Of a stretch of 64,000 nucleotides of DNA, positions 43,090 to 54,342 are shown piece after piece; position 1 is the stretch's first letter; each line of letters opens with the position of its first letter. Under the pieces are notes generated by a model. The model searched no databases, was not told where the DNA came from, and saw only the letters and a list, made by a program, of their open reading frames with translations. This stretch comes from an uncultured delta proteobacterium (GTDB taxonomy: Bacteria; Myxococcota_A; Polyangia; Haliangiales; Haliangiaceae). Where the stretch lies: assembly GCA_963848295.1 (NCBI GenBank), contig CAWKDB010000010.1, forward strand, positions 4,800,001 to 4,864,000, written 5' to 3'. The translations under genes and the position numbers were made by a program.

Positions 43090-44814
43090 CTACCGGCTGA
43101 CCGGGCAGCCGTGCGCGTGGTCGTAGACCAGGCTGCCGTCGGGGCAGCGATCGCCGTTCTGCTCGGGCACTGGTGCGGTCGTCGCGTCGTGGGGAGCGGT
43201 CGCTCCGTCGTGCGGGGCCGTCGTCTTGTTGTCTTCGAGCTTGGGCGTCTGCTTCGTGATCGCCTTGTGGGTTCCAGCCAGCCTGTGCGTGCTCGGCTTG
43301 TGCGTCTCGACCCGTTCCTTGTGATCCGCGATCGCATGATCGGTCTTCGAGTCGCGCGGCGGCGGCGCGAGGTTCGCGCCGCTGCCGGTCGCGGGGACCT
43401 GGTCGTCGACCTTCGCGGCGGAGCCGGAGCCGGAACCCGAGCCGGTATCGGGTGGCGGCGGCACGACCGTGCGGCCGGTGTGCGGATCGGCCACCTGGGT
43501 CGGCGTGATCGCCGGTGTGGCTACGGCCTTGGCGTCGCCGTCGTCGTCGCCACCGTTCGCGAGCGCGACGCCGAGCGCGACGCCGCCGACGATCAGCAAC
43601 CCGAAGATCGCCGCGATCAGCGGCAGGCGGGAGCGCGTCGGAGCGCTGCGCGTGGTGTTCTCTTCGCCGAGCTCGGGCCGCAACATCGGCGACGACTGGT
43701 CCTGGGCGGCGTACGGTTGCGAGCCGTCGTGTGCGATCGGCACCGGCGTAGCGCGCGGCGGCGGCACCGGCATCGGCGTGCTCTGCGGACGCGGGGCTCC
43801 CGCGATGTTCCACTGCGGCGCGGTGATCTGATGCGAGGGCTCGCCGCCGTACGGCTTGCGCTGGCCGTTCGACGTGCTCTGGCCATCCCAGTCGAGGCTG
43901 CGGCGCAGCATGCGAGCCATGCGCTCGACCAGCCTCGTCGCTTGATGCGGGTCCGCGGCGAACGGGATCAGGTCGCGACCGAGCTCGGCCATGTTCGCGT
44001 AGCGCTGGTCCGCGGTCTTCGCGAGGCAGCGCAGGATCACGGCTTGGAGCGCGGGTGGCGTGTTGACCATCGGCGTCGGCGGATCGACCGCGACCTTCAC
44101 GCACATCTCCGAGAAGCTCTCGGCCTCGAACGGTCGCCGGCCCTCGAGCAATTCGTAGAGCACGGTGCCGAGCGACCACACGTCGCTGCGCTGATCGACG
44201 AGCCGCGCCGACCGCATCTGCTCCGGCGACATATACGCCGGCGTCCCGAGCAGGGACTGCGTTTGGGTCAGGTGCATGTCGGTGCCGATCGATGACTTCG
44301 AGATGCCGAAGTCGAGCACCTTGATCAACGCGCTGCCGTCGGGCCGCCACGTCACGAACAGGTTCGTCGGCTTGATGTCGCGGTGGACGATGCCGATCGA
44401 GTGCGCTTCGGCGAGCGCCTCGGCGGTCTGCAGCATCATCTCGCTCGCCCACGCCACCGGCATCACGCCGCGCTCCTTGAGCAGCTCTCCGAGATCGAGC
44501 CCCTCGAGGTACTCCATCACCATGAACGGCACGCCGGTCTCGAACACCCCGACGTCGTGCACGCGCGCGACGTACTCGCTCTTCAACTTCGCCGCCGCTT
44601 GCGCTTCACGTTGGAAACGCTGGACCGCGTCGCCATCGCGCAGCACGTCCTGGCGCAGCATCTTGACCGCGAACCGTTCGTTCAACGCGAGGTGCGTACA
44701 CTCGGCGACCACACCCATCCCGCCCGTGCCCAGGATCGCATCCACGCGATACTTGCCGAGAAATACCTGGCCGATGCTCACGCCGAGCTCGGCAGGGTTC
44801 ACTGGTTGGGCCAC
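43090..44814 (-). CDS. Membrane Ser/Thr protein kinase
   Basis: GTGGMG, AVK, HRDIKPTN, DFG, GTPAYMSPE, TM. Confidence 0.95.
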   Translation of the reverse strand: MAQPVNPAELGVSIGQVFLGKYRVDAILGTGGMGVVAECTHLALNERFAVKMLRQDVLRDGDAVQRFQREAQAAAKLKSEYVARVHDVGVFETGVPFMVMEYLEGLDLGELLKERGVMPVAWASEMMLQTAEALAEAHSIGIVHRDIKPTNLFVTWRPDGSALIKVLDFGISKSSIGTDMHLTQTQSLLGTPAYMSPEQMRSARLVDQRSDVWSLGTVLYELLEGRRPFEAESFSEMCVKVAVDPPTPMVNTPPALQAVILRCLAKTADQRYANMAELGRDLIPFAADPHQATRLVERMARMLRRSLDWDGQSTSNGQRKPYGGEPSHQITAPQWNIAGAPRPQSTPMPVPPPRATPVPIAHDGSQPYAAQDQSSPMLRPELGEENTTRSAPTRSRLPLIAAIFGLLIVGGVALGVALANGGDDDGDAKAVATPAITPTQVADPHTGRTVVPPPPDTGSGSGSGSAAKVDDQVPATGSGANLAPPPRDSKTDHAIADHKERVETHKPSTHRLAGTHKAITKQTPKLEDNKTTAPHDGATAPHDATTAPVPEQNGDRCPDGSLVYDHAHGCPVSR

Positions 44815-44947
44815 GCTTTGAAAATCGTAGCTTGCCGGTCCCCAGGTCTCAAGCGAACGTCGTGTGTAGGTTTTCGCCTACCGCGCCGGTAAAGGCGGCT
44901 TATTGGCGATCATCCGGCCCTGAAACGATCTCTTTCGCCGCTCGCGA

Positions 44948-46367
44948 TCAGCGTTGGATCTGGTGAATCTTCAAGACGTTGGTCTGAAGCCCCGATCCCA
45001 CGGGCACGGCCATCGTGATCAGCACGTGGTCGCCGGGCAGGGAGAGATTCCGCTCGATAAGCGTAGCCTCGACGCGATCGATCAGCTCTTCGGTGGTCGC
45101 CGATTGCCCGATCAGCGCGGGCGTGACGCCCCAGAACAGCGCGAGCCGGCGATACGTCACTTCGTTCGTGGTGAGGCAAACAATGTTCGCTTCGGGCCGA
45201 TAGTCGCTGACCAGGCGCGCCGCGCCGCCCGAGTCCGAGACCACGACGATCGTCTTTAGCTTCATCGCGTGCGCCGCGGTCATCGCGGCGTGTGCGATCG
45301 CGTTCGCCGGGACCGCGAGCTGGAGGTCCGGGACCTCGGTGTTCGCGCGGTAATACGCCGAACCTTCGATCTCCTCGATGATCCGCGCCATCGTGCGCAC
45401 CGCTTCGACGGGATGGGCGCCCGATGCGGTCTCGCCCGAGAGCATCAGCGCATCGGTCCATCGAGCACTGCGTTCGCGACGTCCGAGGCTTCAGCGCGCG
45501 TCGGTCGCGCTTGCGTGATCATCGACTCGAGCATCTGGGTCGCGGTGATGACGATCTTGCCGCGCCGGTTCGTCTCCTCGATCATCCGCTTCTGCCACAG
45601 CGGGACCTTCTCGGGACCGAGCTCGACGCCGAGATCGCCACGCGCGACCATCACGCCATCCGCGGCATCGATGATGTCGCCGAGCCGTTCGAGCGCTTGC
45701 GGCTTCTCGATCTTCGCGATCACCGGGAATCGACACTTGGTCGATCGTGAGCAAGCGCTTTGCTTCGAGGATGTCTTCGGGCCGGCGCACGAATGACAGC
45801 GCGACGTAGTCGACGCCATGGCGCAACGCGAAGCCGATGTCGGTCTTGTCTTTGTCCGACAGGGCGGGCGCCGACACCTCGACGCCGGGCAGGTTGATGC
45901 CCTTGTTGTTCTTCAGCACGCCGCCCGACACGACGACGGTGCGGACTTCGTGGCCGTCGACGCTGGTCACCGCGAGCGCGAGGTAGCCGTCGTCGAGCAG
46001 GATCTGATCGCCAGGGCGCACGTCTTTGGGCAGCAGCGAGTAGCTCGTCGAGACCCGTTTCTCGTCGCCGACGACGCTGGTGTCCGTCGTGATCGTGAAC
46101 TCCGCGCCTTGGCGCAGCTGGATCTCGCCGGCGGCGAACTTGCCGACGCGAATCTTCGGGCCCTGCAGGTCGAGCAACGCGGCGATCGCCTTGCCGCGCC
46201 GATCCGCTTCGGCCCGGACCGTTTGCAACATGCGCGCGTGATCTTCGTGACGTGCCGTGCGAAAAGTTAAGGCGCGCCACGCTCATGCCCGCGTCGATCA
46301 GCTCGCCGACCCGCTCGGCAGACGCGGACGCGGGTCCGAGAGTGCAGACGATCTTCGCCCGGGGCAT
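44948..46367 (-). CDS. pyk: Pyruvate kinase (three frameshifts at ~46245, ~45727, ~45458)
   Basis: [56 protein letters not shown] spread over 4 frame segments. Confidence 0.93.
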
Positions 46368-46434
46368 TTCGACCGCGAGTAGACACTCAAAACGCCTTGC
46401 TGAGAACCGCGGCTCCCGGTTATTAAGCCGCCCG

Positions 46435-48558
46435 ATGTTACGTACGGCTGTCGTGGGTCTAGCAGCCGCAGCTTGCTTGGCGAGCTGCACGGAAACACGT
46501 CCACAACCCGATCTCGTCGGCCAGGATGTCCGACTCACGATCATCCACACCGCGGACATCCACTCGCGGTTGTTTCCGTACAACTTCACCCCGAACAAGT
46601 TCGACCAGGCATACGGCCTGTTGCCGACGCTAGCGCCGTACGGCGGTATCGCGCGCATCGCGACGATGGTGAAGCGGATCCGCAACAGCGCGGATCGATC
46701 GCTGTGGCTCGACTCCGGCGACGCCTGGGAAGGCGCGGCGGTGTTCAACGAGTTCAAAGGTGAGCCAGAGATTCGCTCGTTGTCGCTCGCCGGCATGGAA
46801 GGCGAGGTCATCGGCAACCACGAGTTCGATCTCGGCGCGAACCAGCTGTTCACCGAGCTCGATCAGTGGTCGCAGTTCCCGCACCTGGTCGCGAACTACG
46901 CGTGGGACGATCCGACGAACACCGGCCAGCGTTCGCTGCGCGATGTCGTCCAGCCGTACGAGATCTACGACGTCAAGGGCGTCAAGGTAGGCGTCATCGG
47001 CCTCGGCAACGAGGACACGCTGCAGTCGATCTACAACGGTGGCAACACGCTCGGGTTCCGGCCGATCGATCCCGGCGTCGCGCTCCAGAACCAGGTCGCG
47101 TTGCTGCGCGGCCAGGTCGACCTCATCGTGGTGGCGAGCCACCTCGGCCTCGACAACGATGAAGGCCTGTCCGCGTCGATGGTCACCGACCCGAACGCGG
47201 CGCTGCCGCTCCAAGGTGTCGACCTGATCCTCGGCGGGCACCTCCACATCGTGACGAACCCGCCGAAGCTGCTGCCGAACGATGACGGCAGCAACTACTG
47301 CAAGACCTCGGATTGCGAGACGCTCCTCATTCACTCCGGTGCGTTCGCGAAGTACGTCGGCCGGATCGATCTCGTCGTCCACATCGGCAGCGACAACAGC
47401 GACCCCGAGAAGCGCAGCCGGATCGTGTCGTACGCGTACGACAACCAACCGGTCGTGACGTATCCGACGAGCGACCCGCGGTTCATCCCGGACGACCCGG
47501 CGGTCGCGAACCTGATGTGGCCGTACGCGGTCAAGCTCGCGCAGGACATCAACCTCAAGGGCGTGTTCGCGTACGTCGGTCCGCAGCCGACGACCGCGGT
47601 GATCCTGCGCAACGATCCGTCGGGCGGCGACTCGCAGCTCGGCAACCTCGTCGCCCGGTCGATGCAGACGCAACAAGGTGTCGACGCGCAGTTCGCGTTC
47701 ACGAACTCGCTCGGCATCCGCGATGACTTCAGCCGCGGACCGCTGACCAACGAGGAGATGTACAACGTGTTCCCGTTCGAGAACACGATCGTCGTGATGT
47801 ACCTGTCCGGCCAAGAGGTCCAGGACACGCTCGACTTCGTCGCGCAGAAGTCCGCGGCGCGCGGGTGCCGCACCCAGCTCCAGGTCGCGGGTCATAACGT
47901 TCGACATGGTCTGCCGCGACGATCCGGCGAACCCGGATCACTGCACCAGCATCGATCCGCAAGCCGGCAGCACGACCTGTACCGTCGATCTCGACTGTCC
48001 GCAGGGCGGCACGGTCGGCGGCCAGACGACGGTCGCCGATCGCTGCGATACGACGTTGCATCGCTGCGTCGCGACCGCGTGCGCGAAGCACATCTATGTC
48101 GGCGAGCATTGCCGGCCGGTCGACAACAGTGGCGTCGTGCAGTCGAGTCGAACCGGTCGATCCGAATTCGACCCCGTGCGCGGCGCTCCAAACGGACGGT
48201 CTGTATCGCGTCGCGGTCAACAACTACATCGCCGCCGGTGGCTCGGGCTTCCTCGTGCTCCAGCGCAACACCTCGCAGCAAGACACCGGCGTGTCGTTGC
48301 GCGGCGGCGCTCACCGTGTACCTCACGGCCCAGCAACAGAGCTGCGACGGCGTCGGGATCGCCGACATCCCGGACGAGACCGATGTTCCAGCGTCGTGCT
48401 CGAGCAACGCCGACTGTATCTACTCGAAGAAGTGCATCTTGGCCGGGACGACCGGCACGTGCATGCAGGCGACCGTCCAGCAGAAGTGGGGCAACGTCGC
48501 CTGCCTCGACGAGACGGTCGAGGCGCATGATGGGCGGATCAGGCCGGTGTTCCAGTGA
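46435..48558 (+). CDS. 5'-nucleotidase/metallophosphatase lipoprotein with Cys-rich inserts (three net-compensating frameshifts at ~47893, ~48150, ~48305)
   Basis: [48 protein letters not shown]. Confidence 0.85.
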   Translation: MLRTAVVGLAAAACLASCTETRPQPDLVGQDVRLTIIHTADIHSRLFPYNFTPNKFDQAYGLLPTLAPYGGIARIATMVKRIRNSADRSLWLDSGDAWEGAAVFNEFKGEPEIRSLSLAGMEGEVIGNHEFDLGANQLFTELDQWSQFPHLVANYAWDDPTNTGQRSLRDVVQPYEIYDVKGVKVGVIGLGNEDTLQSIYNGGNTLGFRPIDPGVALQNQVALLRGQVDLIVVASHLGLDNDEGLSASMVTDPNAALPLQGVDLILGGHLHIVTNPPKLLPNDDGSNYCKTSDCETLLIHSGAFAKYVGRIDLVVHIGSDNSDPEKRSRIVSYAYDNQPVVTYPTSDPRFIPDDPAVANLMWPYAVKLAQDINLKGVFAYVGPQPTTAVILRNDPSGGDSQLGNLVARSMQTQQGVDAQFAFTNSLGIRDDFSRGPLTNEEMYNVFPFENTIVVMYLSGQEVQDTLDFVAQKSAARGCRTQLQVAGHNVRHGLPRRSGEPGSLHQHRSASRQHDLYRRSRLSAGRHGRRPDDGRRSLRYDVASLRRDRVREAHLCRRALPAGRQQWRRAVESNRSIRIRPRARRSKRTVCIASRSTTTSPPVARASSCSSATPRSKTPACRCAAALTVYLTAQQQSCDGVGIADIPDETDVPASCSSNADCIYSKKCILAGTTGTCMQATVQQKWGNVACLDETVEAHDGRIRPVFQ

Positions 48559-49838
48559 GTCAGGCCACGCGGATAGCCGCGCTCGTCGCCGCGGCCGTCG
48601 GGCTCGGTGGGTGCGTCAAGCACAACCCGGGCATCACCGGCACGCAGTCGCTCGCGATCGACGTGGTGTCTCCGTCGGATACCGGCTCGCAGATCTCGCG
48701 CCTGCCCGACACGGATCGCACGATCGTCATCAACGTCACGGCGCTCGGACCAGACGACGAGACCGACACGACCTACAACAATCAGCTGCAAGTCTACGTG
48801 CTGTACCTGGGGACGCTCAGCCCGTACCTCGGCGCGCCGCCGCTCCAGACGATCCAGATGGTCAACGGCGAAGCGATGAATCAGACGATCACCCTGCCAC
48901 CGGTGTTCGGGCCGACCTCGATCTGGCTCGACGACGGCACCGACTCCGAGCCGACGTTCGCGACCGGCGCGTCGCAGACGCTGTGGTATCGCGATCCCGT
49001 GATCGCCGACATCCAAGCGCCACCCAACGAGAGTGCGCTCGACGCGCTCACCAATTCGCCGCTCGACAACAAGAACGTCGCGGTCAATGCGTCGCGCTAC
49101 GGCGCGAACGGGCGGCTGGTCATCACGTCGGTGTACGCGCAAGGCTATACGCTCGCCGACGTCAACTGCGCGGATGCGAACGGCACGCCGCCATGCGTAT
49201 CGGCGCCCTACGACTACATGGACGTGTTCTCGTACAGCGCACCCGAGGACCAGAACTCGCACTTCGTCAGTGAAGGCGAAATCATCGACGGCTTCGCCGG
49301 CGGCATCAACGAGTTCGACGGGCTCACCGAGATCGGGTTCCCGCAGACGTTCGTGAACGAGGGCGAGGACCCGAGCACACCGCCGGTGGTCAACACGGCG
49401 GTCGAACCTGCACCGGTGGTGATCGACACCAACCCGGCGAGCCCGACCTACTGGTTTGGGTCGACGACGGATCTCCCCGGGCTCGGAACCGGCGCGAGCG
49501 CCAACGGGATCGAGTTCGAGCGCAACGAGTCCGGCCCGGTCGAGCTCGACAACGCGGTCGTGTGCAATCTCGACAGCAACTACACGACCTTCAACCAGTG
49601 GGAGCTCGATCCCGCAGGTATCGGCGGTGACTGCTCGAGCAACAAGAACATCATCAGCGTCATCACCGCCGGCGTCATCCAGTTCGACCCGACCGGGTGC
49701 GTCGGCAAGACGCTGCCTAAAGTGGTCGGCATCATCCGCCCGATCAACATCGGAAGCTTCAACGTCTGGATCGTGTACCCGCGCTCGGCTGCTGACCTCA
49801 CGCTCCCGGTAGGAGACTCTACGTGCAAAGTTCAATGA
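48555..49838 (+). CDS. Lipoprotein, possible OB-fold
   Basis: Lipobox LGGC; GE.I...AGGINEFDGLTEI resembles the OB-fold of extracellular nucleases; GTGA overlap. Confidence 0.7.
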   Translation: MSQATRIAALVAAAVGLGGCVKHNPGITGTQSLAIDVVSPSDTGSQISRLPDTDRTIVINVTALGPDDETDTTYNNQLQVYVLYLGTLSPYLGAPPLQTIQMVNGEAMNQTITLPPVFGPTSIWLDDGTDSEPTFATGASQTLWYRDPVIADIQAPPNESALDALTNSPLDNKNVAVNASRYGANGRLVITSVYAQGYTLADVNCADANGTPPCVSAPYDYMDVFSYSAPEDQNSHFVSEGEIIDGFAGGINEFDGLTEIGFPQTFVNEGEDPSTPPVVNTAVEPAPVVIDTNPASPTYWFGSTTDLPGLGTGASANGIEFERNESGPVELDNAVVCNLDSNYTTFNQWELDPAGIGGDCSSNKNIISVITAGVIQFDPTGCVGKTLPKVVGIIRPINIGSFNVWIVYPRSAADLTLPVGDSTCKVQ

Positions 49839-51583
49839 TCCGTCTGGCTCTGGTCGCCGCCGTGCTCGTGGCTCCGGTCATCGCGTTCGCACAGCCGTCC
49901 GATACTCCGCCGGCCGGCGAGGGCAGCGGCAGCGGCAGCGGCAGCGGGAGCGCGACGCCGCCCGGTGTCGACGAAGGTCACCTCAAGGAGCTCGTCGATC
50001 GCGAGGTCGCGCGCATCCTCAACGAGCGCGCCGCGCAAGACGCGGCCGACCGCGCCGCGAAGGATCAGGCGGCCGACAAGCCCGCCGCGACCACCCCGGC
50101 CGACGGCTCGCTCACCGGCGCGAATGGCTTCATGGATACGCGCCTCGCATTCACGCTGACGAACGAGAACACGTTGGTCAAGCCGGGCGAGACGATCCCG
50201 AGCGTCCCCGGCTGGCGCTTCGGTACGCCGAACTCGCTCGGCGTGCTGTTCTTCGACAATTACGACACGCGCTACAGCGGCTTCGAGACCCTGTCGCACG
50301 CGACGATGTACCGCGACTATCACAAGGGGCACTTCGACGCCGAAGCCGGCCTCGTCATCCGGATCAACGAGATCTCTGGCTCGAACCTGAGCCTGTCGGA
50401 TGACGGTTCCTACATCACGCTGTCCAACTGGAAGGACCCGTCGCATCGCGATCCGACCCGCGTGTCGCTCACCGTGTTCCCGGTGTCGGCCGATCGGTTT
50501 CGCCTCGGCTACAGCTATCGGCTGTCGTGGGGTGGCAACCCCGAGTACGGCAATGCCACGTCGGCGACGCCAGGCGCGAAGGTCCAGTACGACAGCGAGA
50601 ACATGTACGTCTTCGCCGGCGCCAAGAGCGCCGTGATCCTCGACCAGCGCACCGCCGAGCAGAAGTCGGCGCTCGCCGGGTTGGTCGGCGCCGGCATCGA
50701 TCCGACCGACATGCTGCGGTTCGAGGTCAACGGCGGCTACTTCGATCGAGGCTACAACGAGCTGATCGACGTCAACGACCAGAAGGTCCAGCTGTTCGGT
50801 GGATCGTTCCAGGCGTCGATCCACAAGGGCATGCCGCTGCGGTCCTCGGTCGACTACCGGCTCTATCGCTACAACGGCGAGAAGGTCAGCGACTTGTTCC
50901 TCCCGGACAAGTACCCGGGCGGTCTGTCGTGGCTCGCTCAGAGCGAGGTCGAGGTCATCGGCCAGACGCTCAAGGATCCGGCACAGACCGGCGTCACGAA
51001 GATCCAGACTGGCCACGCCGCCGACCTCAACGTCCGCGTCAAGTACAACCGGACCCGGCTCCGCCTCGACGTCAGCTTCCGCGACCTCGCGTACATCCTG
51101 CACTCGGTGCCGAGCCTGCCGACTTACGAGGACTTCCCGTCGGACTACTCGACGACCCCGGATATCTTCGCGGCGATCGGCGCCGACCAGAACTACGGCG
51201 ACTTGTTGACCGTAGGCCTGATCGCCGGCATCGAACAGCCGTCGTCGTTGACCGCGCCGACCGGCATCCCCGGGAGCATGGGCGGGGGTACCGGAAAGAC
51301 CACCGCGGTGTTCGTCAACAACAACGTCGACACCTTGATCACGATCCTGCCGCAGAACGCCAAGGTCGTCCCTCAGTTCGCACTCAAGGGGACCGCGAAG
51401 CTCGACTTCGGCCGGATCTACACCGCGCTGGCCGAGGTGTTCTACATGCACAACCCGAACGCCACGACGTACCAGCGCGTCGGTTGCACGGCTGATCAGG
51501 CATGTCCGCAGCAGCCGTTCGAGTTCACGTTCGCGAATCAGAACCAGCTCGGGGTGAACGTCACTCTGCAAGCGCGGTTCTGA
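49835..51583 (+). CDS. Putative outer-membrane beta-barrel protein
   Basis: Signal peptide, coiled coil, amphipathic strands, C-terminal LGVNVTLQARF; ATGA overlap. Confidence 0.72.
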   Translation: MIRLALVAAVLVAPVIAFAQPSDTPPAGEGSGSGSGSGSATPPGVDEGHLKELVDREVARILNERAAQDAADRAAKDQAADKPAATTPADGSLTGANGFMDTRLAFTLTNENTLVKPGETIPSVPGWRFGTPNSLGVLFFDNYDTRYSGFETLSHATMYRDYHKGHFDAEAGLVIRINEISGSNLSLSDDGSYITLSNWKDPSHRDPTRVSLTVFPVSADRFRLGYSYRLSWGGNPEYGNATSATPGAKVQYDSENMYVFAGAKSAVILDQRTAEQKSALAGLVGAGIDPTDMLRFEVNGGYFDRGYNELIDVNDQKVQLFGGSFQASIHKGMPLRSSVDYRLYRYNGEKVSDLFLPDKYPGGLSWLAQSEVEVIGQTLKDPAQTGVTKIQTGHAADLNVRVKYNRTRLRLDVSFRDLAYILHSVPSLPTYEDFPSDYSTTPDIFAAIGADQNYGDLLTVGLIAGIEQPSSLTAPTGIPGSMGGGTGKTTAVFVNNNVDTLITILPQNAKVVPQFALKGTAKLDFGRIYTALAEVFYMHNPNATTYQRVGCTADQACPQQPFEFTFANQNQLGVNVTLQARF

Positions 51584-51680
51584 ACCGCGTTCGCGGCAGA
51601 TTCGATCTTTTTGGGCGGCGCTCCCGGTTGCGCCGCAAGAGCTGTGGTTAGACTCGGTGCTCGGGCGGCGATCGCTCGGG

Positions 51681-52632
51681 ATGATGACCGGATCCGACGA
51701 CCTCACGCCGATGCAATTTGCCCGCGAGCTGCTCGTGGACGGCGCGCGCTATCTCGTCGAATTGTTCAAGACAATTGCTAATGGTATCAAGTCGTTATCG
51801 CCTCTCGTGCTTGGTCTCGGCGTCGCGTGCAGCAGCGATAGCGAACCCGTTCGGCCACGCCCGGCGGCGATCGCCAAGCTCGTCGTTCCGCTGCCCCCGC
51901 CGGAGCCGAAGCTCGACACCGGACCCACGGAGCTGGGCCAGTTCAACATCACGTTCTACTACGTGATCGGCGAAGACGAGATCGTCCCCAAGGCGTCGCT
52001 GATCGCCTCGAACGACACCAAGACTGCCTCCGACGGCAGCGCGATGGACCAGCCTGATCCCGCGCACGACCCCGAGCTGGCGACAATCGCCCCACCGGCG
52101 GCCGAGATGGTGACGCTCTACTCCGGCGAGCACTGCAGCCCGATCGCGGAAGTCACGCGCGACTTCGCGATGCAGCTCCAGCTCCAGGGTACCGGCAAGC
52201 TGCGCGATGGTCGCGTCCTGAACATCTGGGGCCACTGCAACTGCCCGCGGACCCCATGCTTCAAGGTCACTGAAAACCAGTGGGGCACGGGTGGCTCCGG
52301 CCGGCCGCTACAGCCTTTCCGCACCGTGGCGGTCGACCCCAAGGTCATCAAGCTCGGCTCGTTGCTGTACGTCCCGCTGCTCGAAGGCCGGACGATGCCA
52401 GGACGCGCGCCGTGGGGCGGCTATGTTCACGACGGCTGCGTGGTCGCGGACGATACCGGGGGGGGCATCGACGGCAACCGGCTCGACCTGTTCGTCGGTC
52501 GCAAGGCGTACTTTCTGGGCATCTCGGGCAGCGGTGGCAGCCACGCCTGGGCGCGCCACGTGCCGGTGTTCGACGGCAGCAAGATCTGCGCGCGCAAGGG
52601 CCGAGTCGTCGGCCGCGCCGGTGCGATCTCAG
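51681..52632 (+). CDS. 3D-domain (MltA-like) protein; true stop probably ~52632, obscured by an indel
   Basis: TFYY, LQGTG.L.DG, TVAVDPKVIKLGS, ADDTGGGIDGNRLDLFVG; the ORF extension overlaps a convergent gene. Confidence 0.75.
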
Positions 52633-52660
52633 CGGCGGCCCATCGGCCCAGAGATCGGGC

Positions 52661-53119
52661 TCAGTGTGCGGCGGGAACGACGACCGGAGGCGTGGTCGGC
52701 GCGGTCGCGCTCGCGCCAGTCGCGGAGTTGGTCGCCGCGGTCGACGAATCGCCGCCACCGGCGGTCGCGCCGGGGAGCGTCGGGGTCGGTAGCTTGTCGC
52801 GATCGGCCTTGATGTCGACCGTCGGCGCCGTCTTCGCTTCGGGCTCGGTCGAGATCGTCGCGACGAAGCCGACGATGCCACCGAGGATGAGCGCGAGCCC
52901 GACATCGCCGAGCCACGGGGTCTTCGGCGAGCACGTGCCGGAGCTCTCCCCCGGGCCGGGCATCGTGCAGTTCGTGATGCCGTAGGTGAGGCCCTCGACC
53001 ACGAGCCCGCCGAGCACGAGCCCGCCTTCGCTGTATTTCGAGATCGTCCGGGCGCGCGGGTTGGTGGGAAAGCAACCGGCCAACAACAAGGCCGAGACGG
53101 CGAGAGCGACGGGACGCAT
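52661..53119 (-). CDS. Hypothetical lipoprotein
   Basis: Lipobox LAGC, two hydrophobic segments, Thr/Pro tail. Confidence 0.6.
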   Translation of the reverse strand: MRPVALAVSALLLAGCFPTNPRARTISKYSEGGLVLGGLVVEGLTYGITNCTMPGPGESSGTCSPKTPWLGDVGLALILGGIVGFVATISTEPEAKTAPTVDIKADRDKLPTPTLPGATAGGGDSSTAATNSATGASATAPTTPPVVVPAAH

Positions 53120-53213
53120 GGCCACGGGTTGTATCAGGATCCCGCCTGCGGTTAACAGCGACGTGATCACCGACGCTCATCTTGCGCGACGCTCGGACCG
53201 CAGTCCGAAGACC

Positions 53214-53930
53214 TCAGCGATGTAGCAGCGTTGCGCCGACGATCCGGTGGTCTGCGCGCTGCGCAAACGCGACGGCTCCCGCCGATCGCCACGCCGGATC
53301 GAGCGCGATCTCGGCCGCGTGGGTCTGGCCCGCAGCCGCGACTTTGACGAGCGAGCGCACGACACGATCCGACGCGAGGGTCTCGCCGGCGTTTTCTCCG
53401 CGCGGTACCCACGTCCGCGTACCGTCCTCGTAGATCGCCGCCCACACGTCGGCGTCGGCCGGTGCGGTCGCTTCGATCGTCACGTGGCTGGCCTGCCAGC
53501 TCGCCTTCGCGCTGACCGCGCGCTGCGGTGGAGCATCGGCGATCGCGCGCGTGACGGCGGTCGCATTCGAGCCGAGCACGCCCGACGCGCCGGCCACGAC
53601 GAGCTCGGGCGTGTAGGCGCGACCATCACCGAGTGCGCCGGCGTAGTCCTCCTGGCGCGCACTCCACGCCGCCGACGAGAACGGATCGGCCCAGCCCAAG
53701 CCGTTCCAGTAGTCGACGTGGAACGACAGCGGCGCGATCCGCCGGCCGGCGGCCTCACTGGCGGCGGCGAGCTTCGACAACAGGCGGTCGGCGGGCGGGC
53801 ACGAGCTACAGCCCTGCGACGTGAACAGCTCGATCACGATCGGGGCCTCGTCGGCGCGGGCAGCCGGCGGCTCGCCCGACGCGACCGAGCAGCCCAAGGG
53901 CAGGATCACCGCGGCGATCAGTGAGCGCAT
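53214..53930 (-). CDS. DUF1223 thioredoxin-like protein
   Basis: ELFTSQGCSSCPPAD, FHVDYWN..GW.DPF, YTP, RGENAG. Confidence 0.92.
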   Translation of the reverse strand: MRSLIAAVILPLGCSVASGEPPAARADEAPIVIELFTSQGCSSCPPADRLLSKLAAASEAAGRRIAPLSFHVDYWNGLGWADPFSSAAWSARQEDYAGALGDGRAYTPELVVAGASGVLGSNATAVTRAIADAPPQRAVSAKASWQASHVTIEATAPADADVWAAIYEDGTRTWVPRGENAGETLASDRVVRSLVKVAAAGQTHAAEIALDPAWRSAGAVAFAQRADHRIVGATLLHR

Positions 53931-54031
53931 GGTGGTCGTACGAACCAGCGGGCCGCGAGGTTACCGCGATTCATCCGCAGCGAGGGCCGCAGCAGCTGTC
54001 GCCGTTGCGGCAACCCATGTACCCGGTCCAA

Positions 54032-54247
54032 CCCGTTGCCGTGACCGTTTGCCGTTTGCCGTCGCCGCTGTTCGCCGTCGCCGTGGCCGTTTGCCGTCGC
54101 CGTGGCCGTGGCCGTTTGCCGTCGCCGTTGCCGGCGCCGTTGCCGTTTGCCGTCGCCGTTGCCGTTTGCCGTTGCCGTTTGCCGTCGCCGTTGCCGTTTG
54201 CCGTGGCCGTGGCCGTTTGCCGTGGCCGCTGTTCGCCGTTTGCCGAC
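54032..54247. repeat. Degenerate GCCGT(N/TT) 6-7-mer tandem array
   Basis: ~33 units: gccgtt, gccgttt, gccgtc, gccgtg. Confidence 0.92.
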
Positions 54248-54342
54248 TTTCGGATCGGGAGCAGGAACCGGACCTCGGATTCGGCGCCGAGGCCGTCGCC
54301 GGTTGGCTGCCGGCGTGGCGCCGGCGGCCTCGGCCGAGGTTC

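Noticed and set aside
44948..46367. pyk as a pseudogene or programmed frameshift
   Set aside because: Motifs are intact, there are no slippery sites, and similar indels occur throughout the window.
49921..49950. (ggcagc)n short repeat
   Set aside because: Encodes an ordinary GSGSGS linker, also seen in other proteins here.
52633..52985. C-terminal extension of the 3D-domain ORF
   Set aside because: It is an antisense overlap with a credible lipoprotein gene; removing one base in atctcag gives atc tag.
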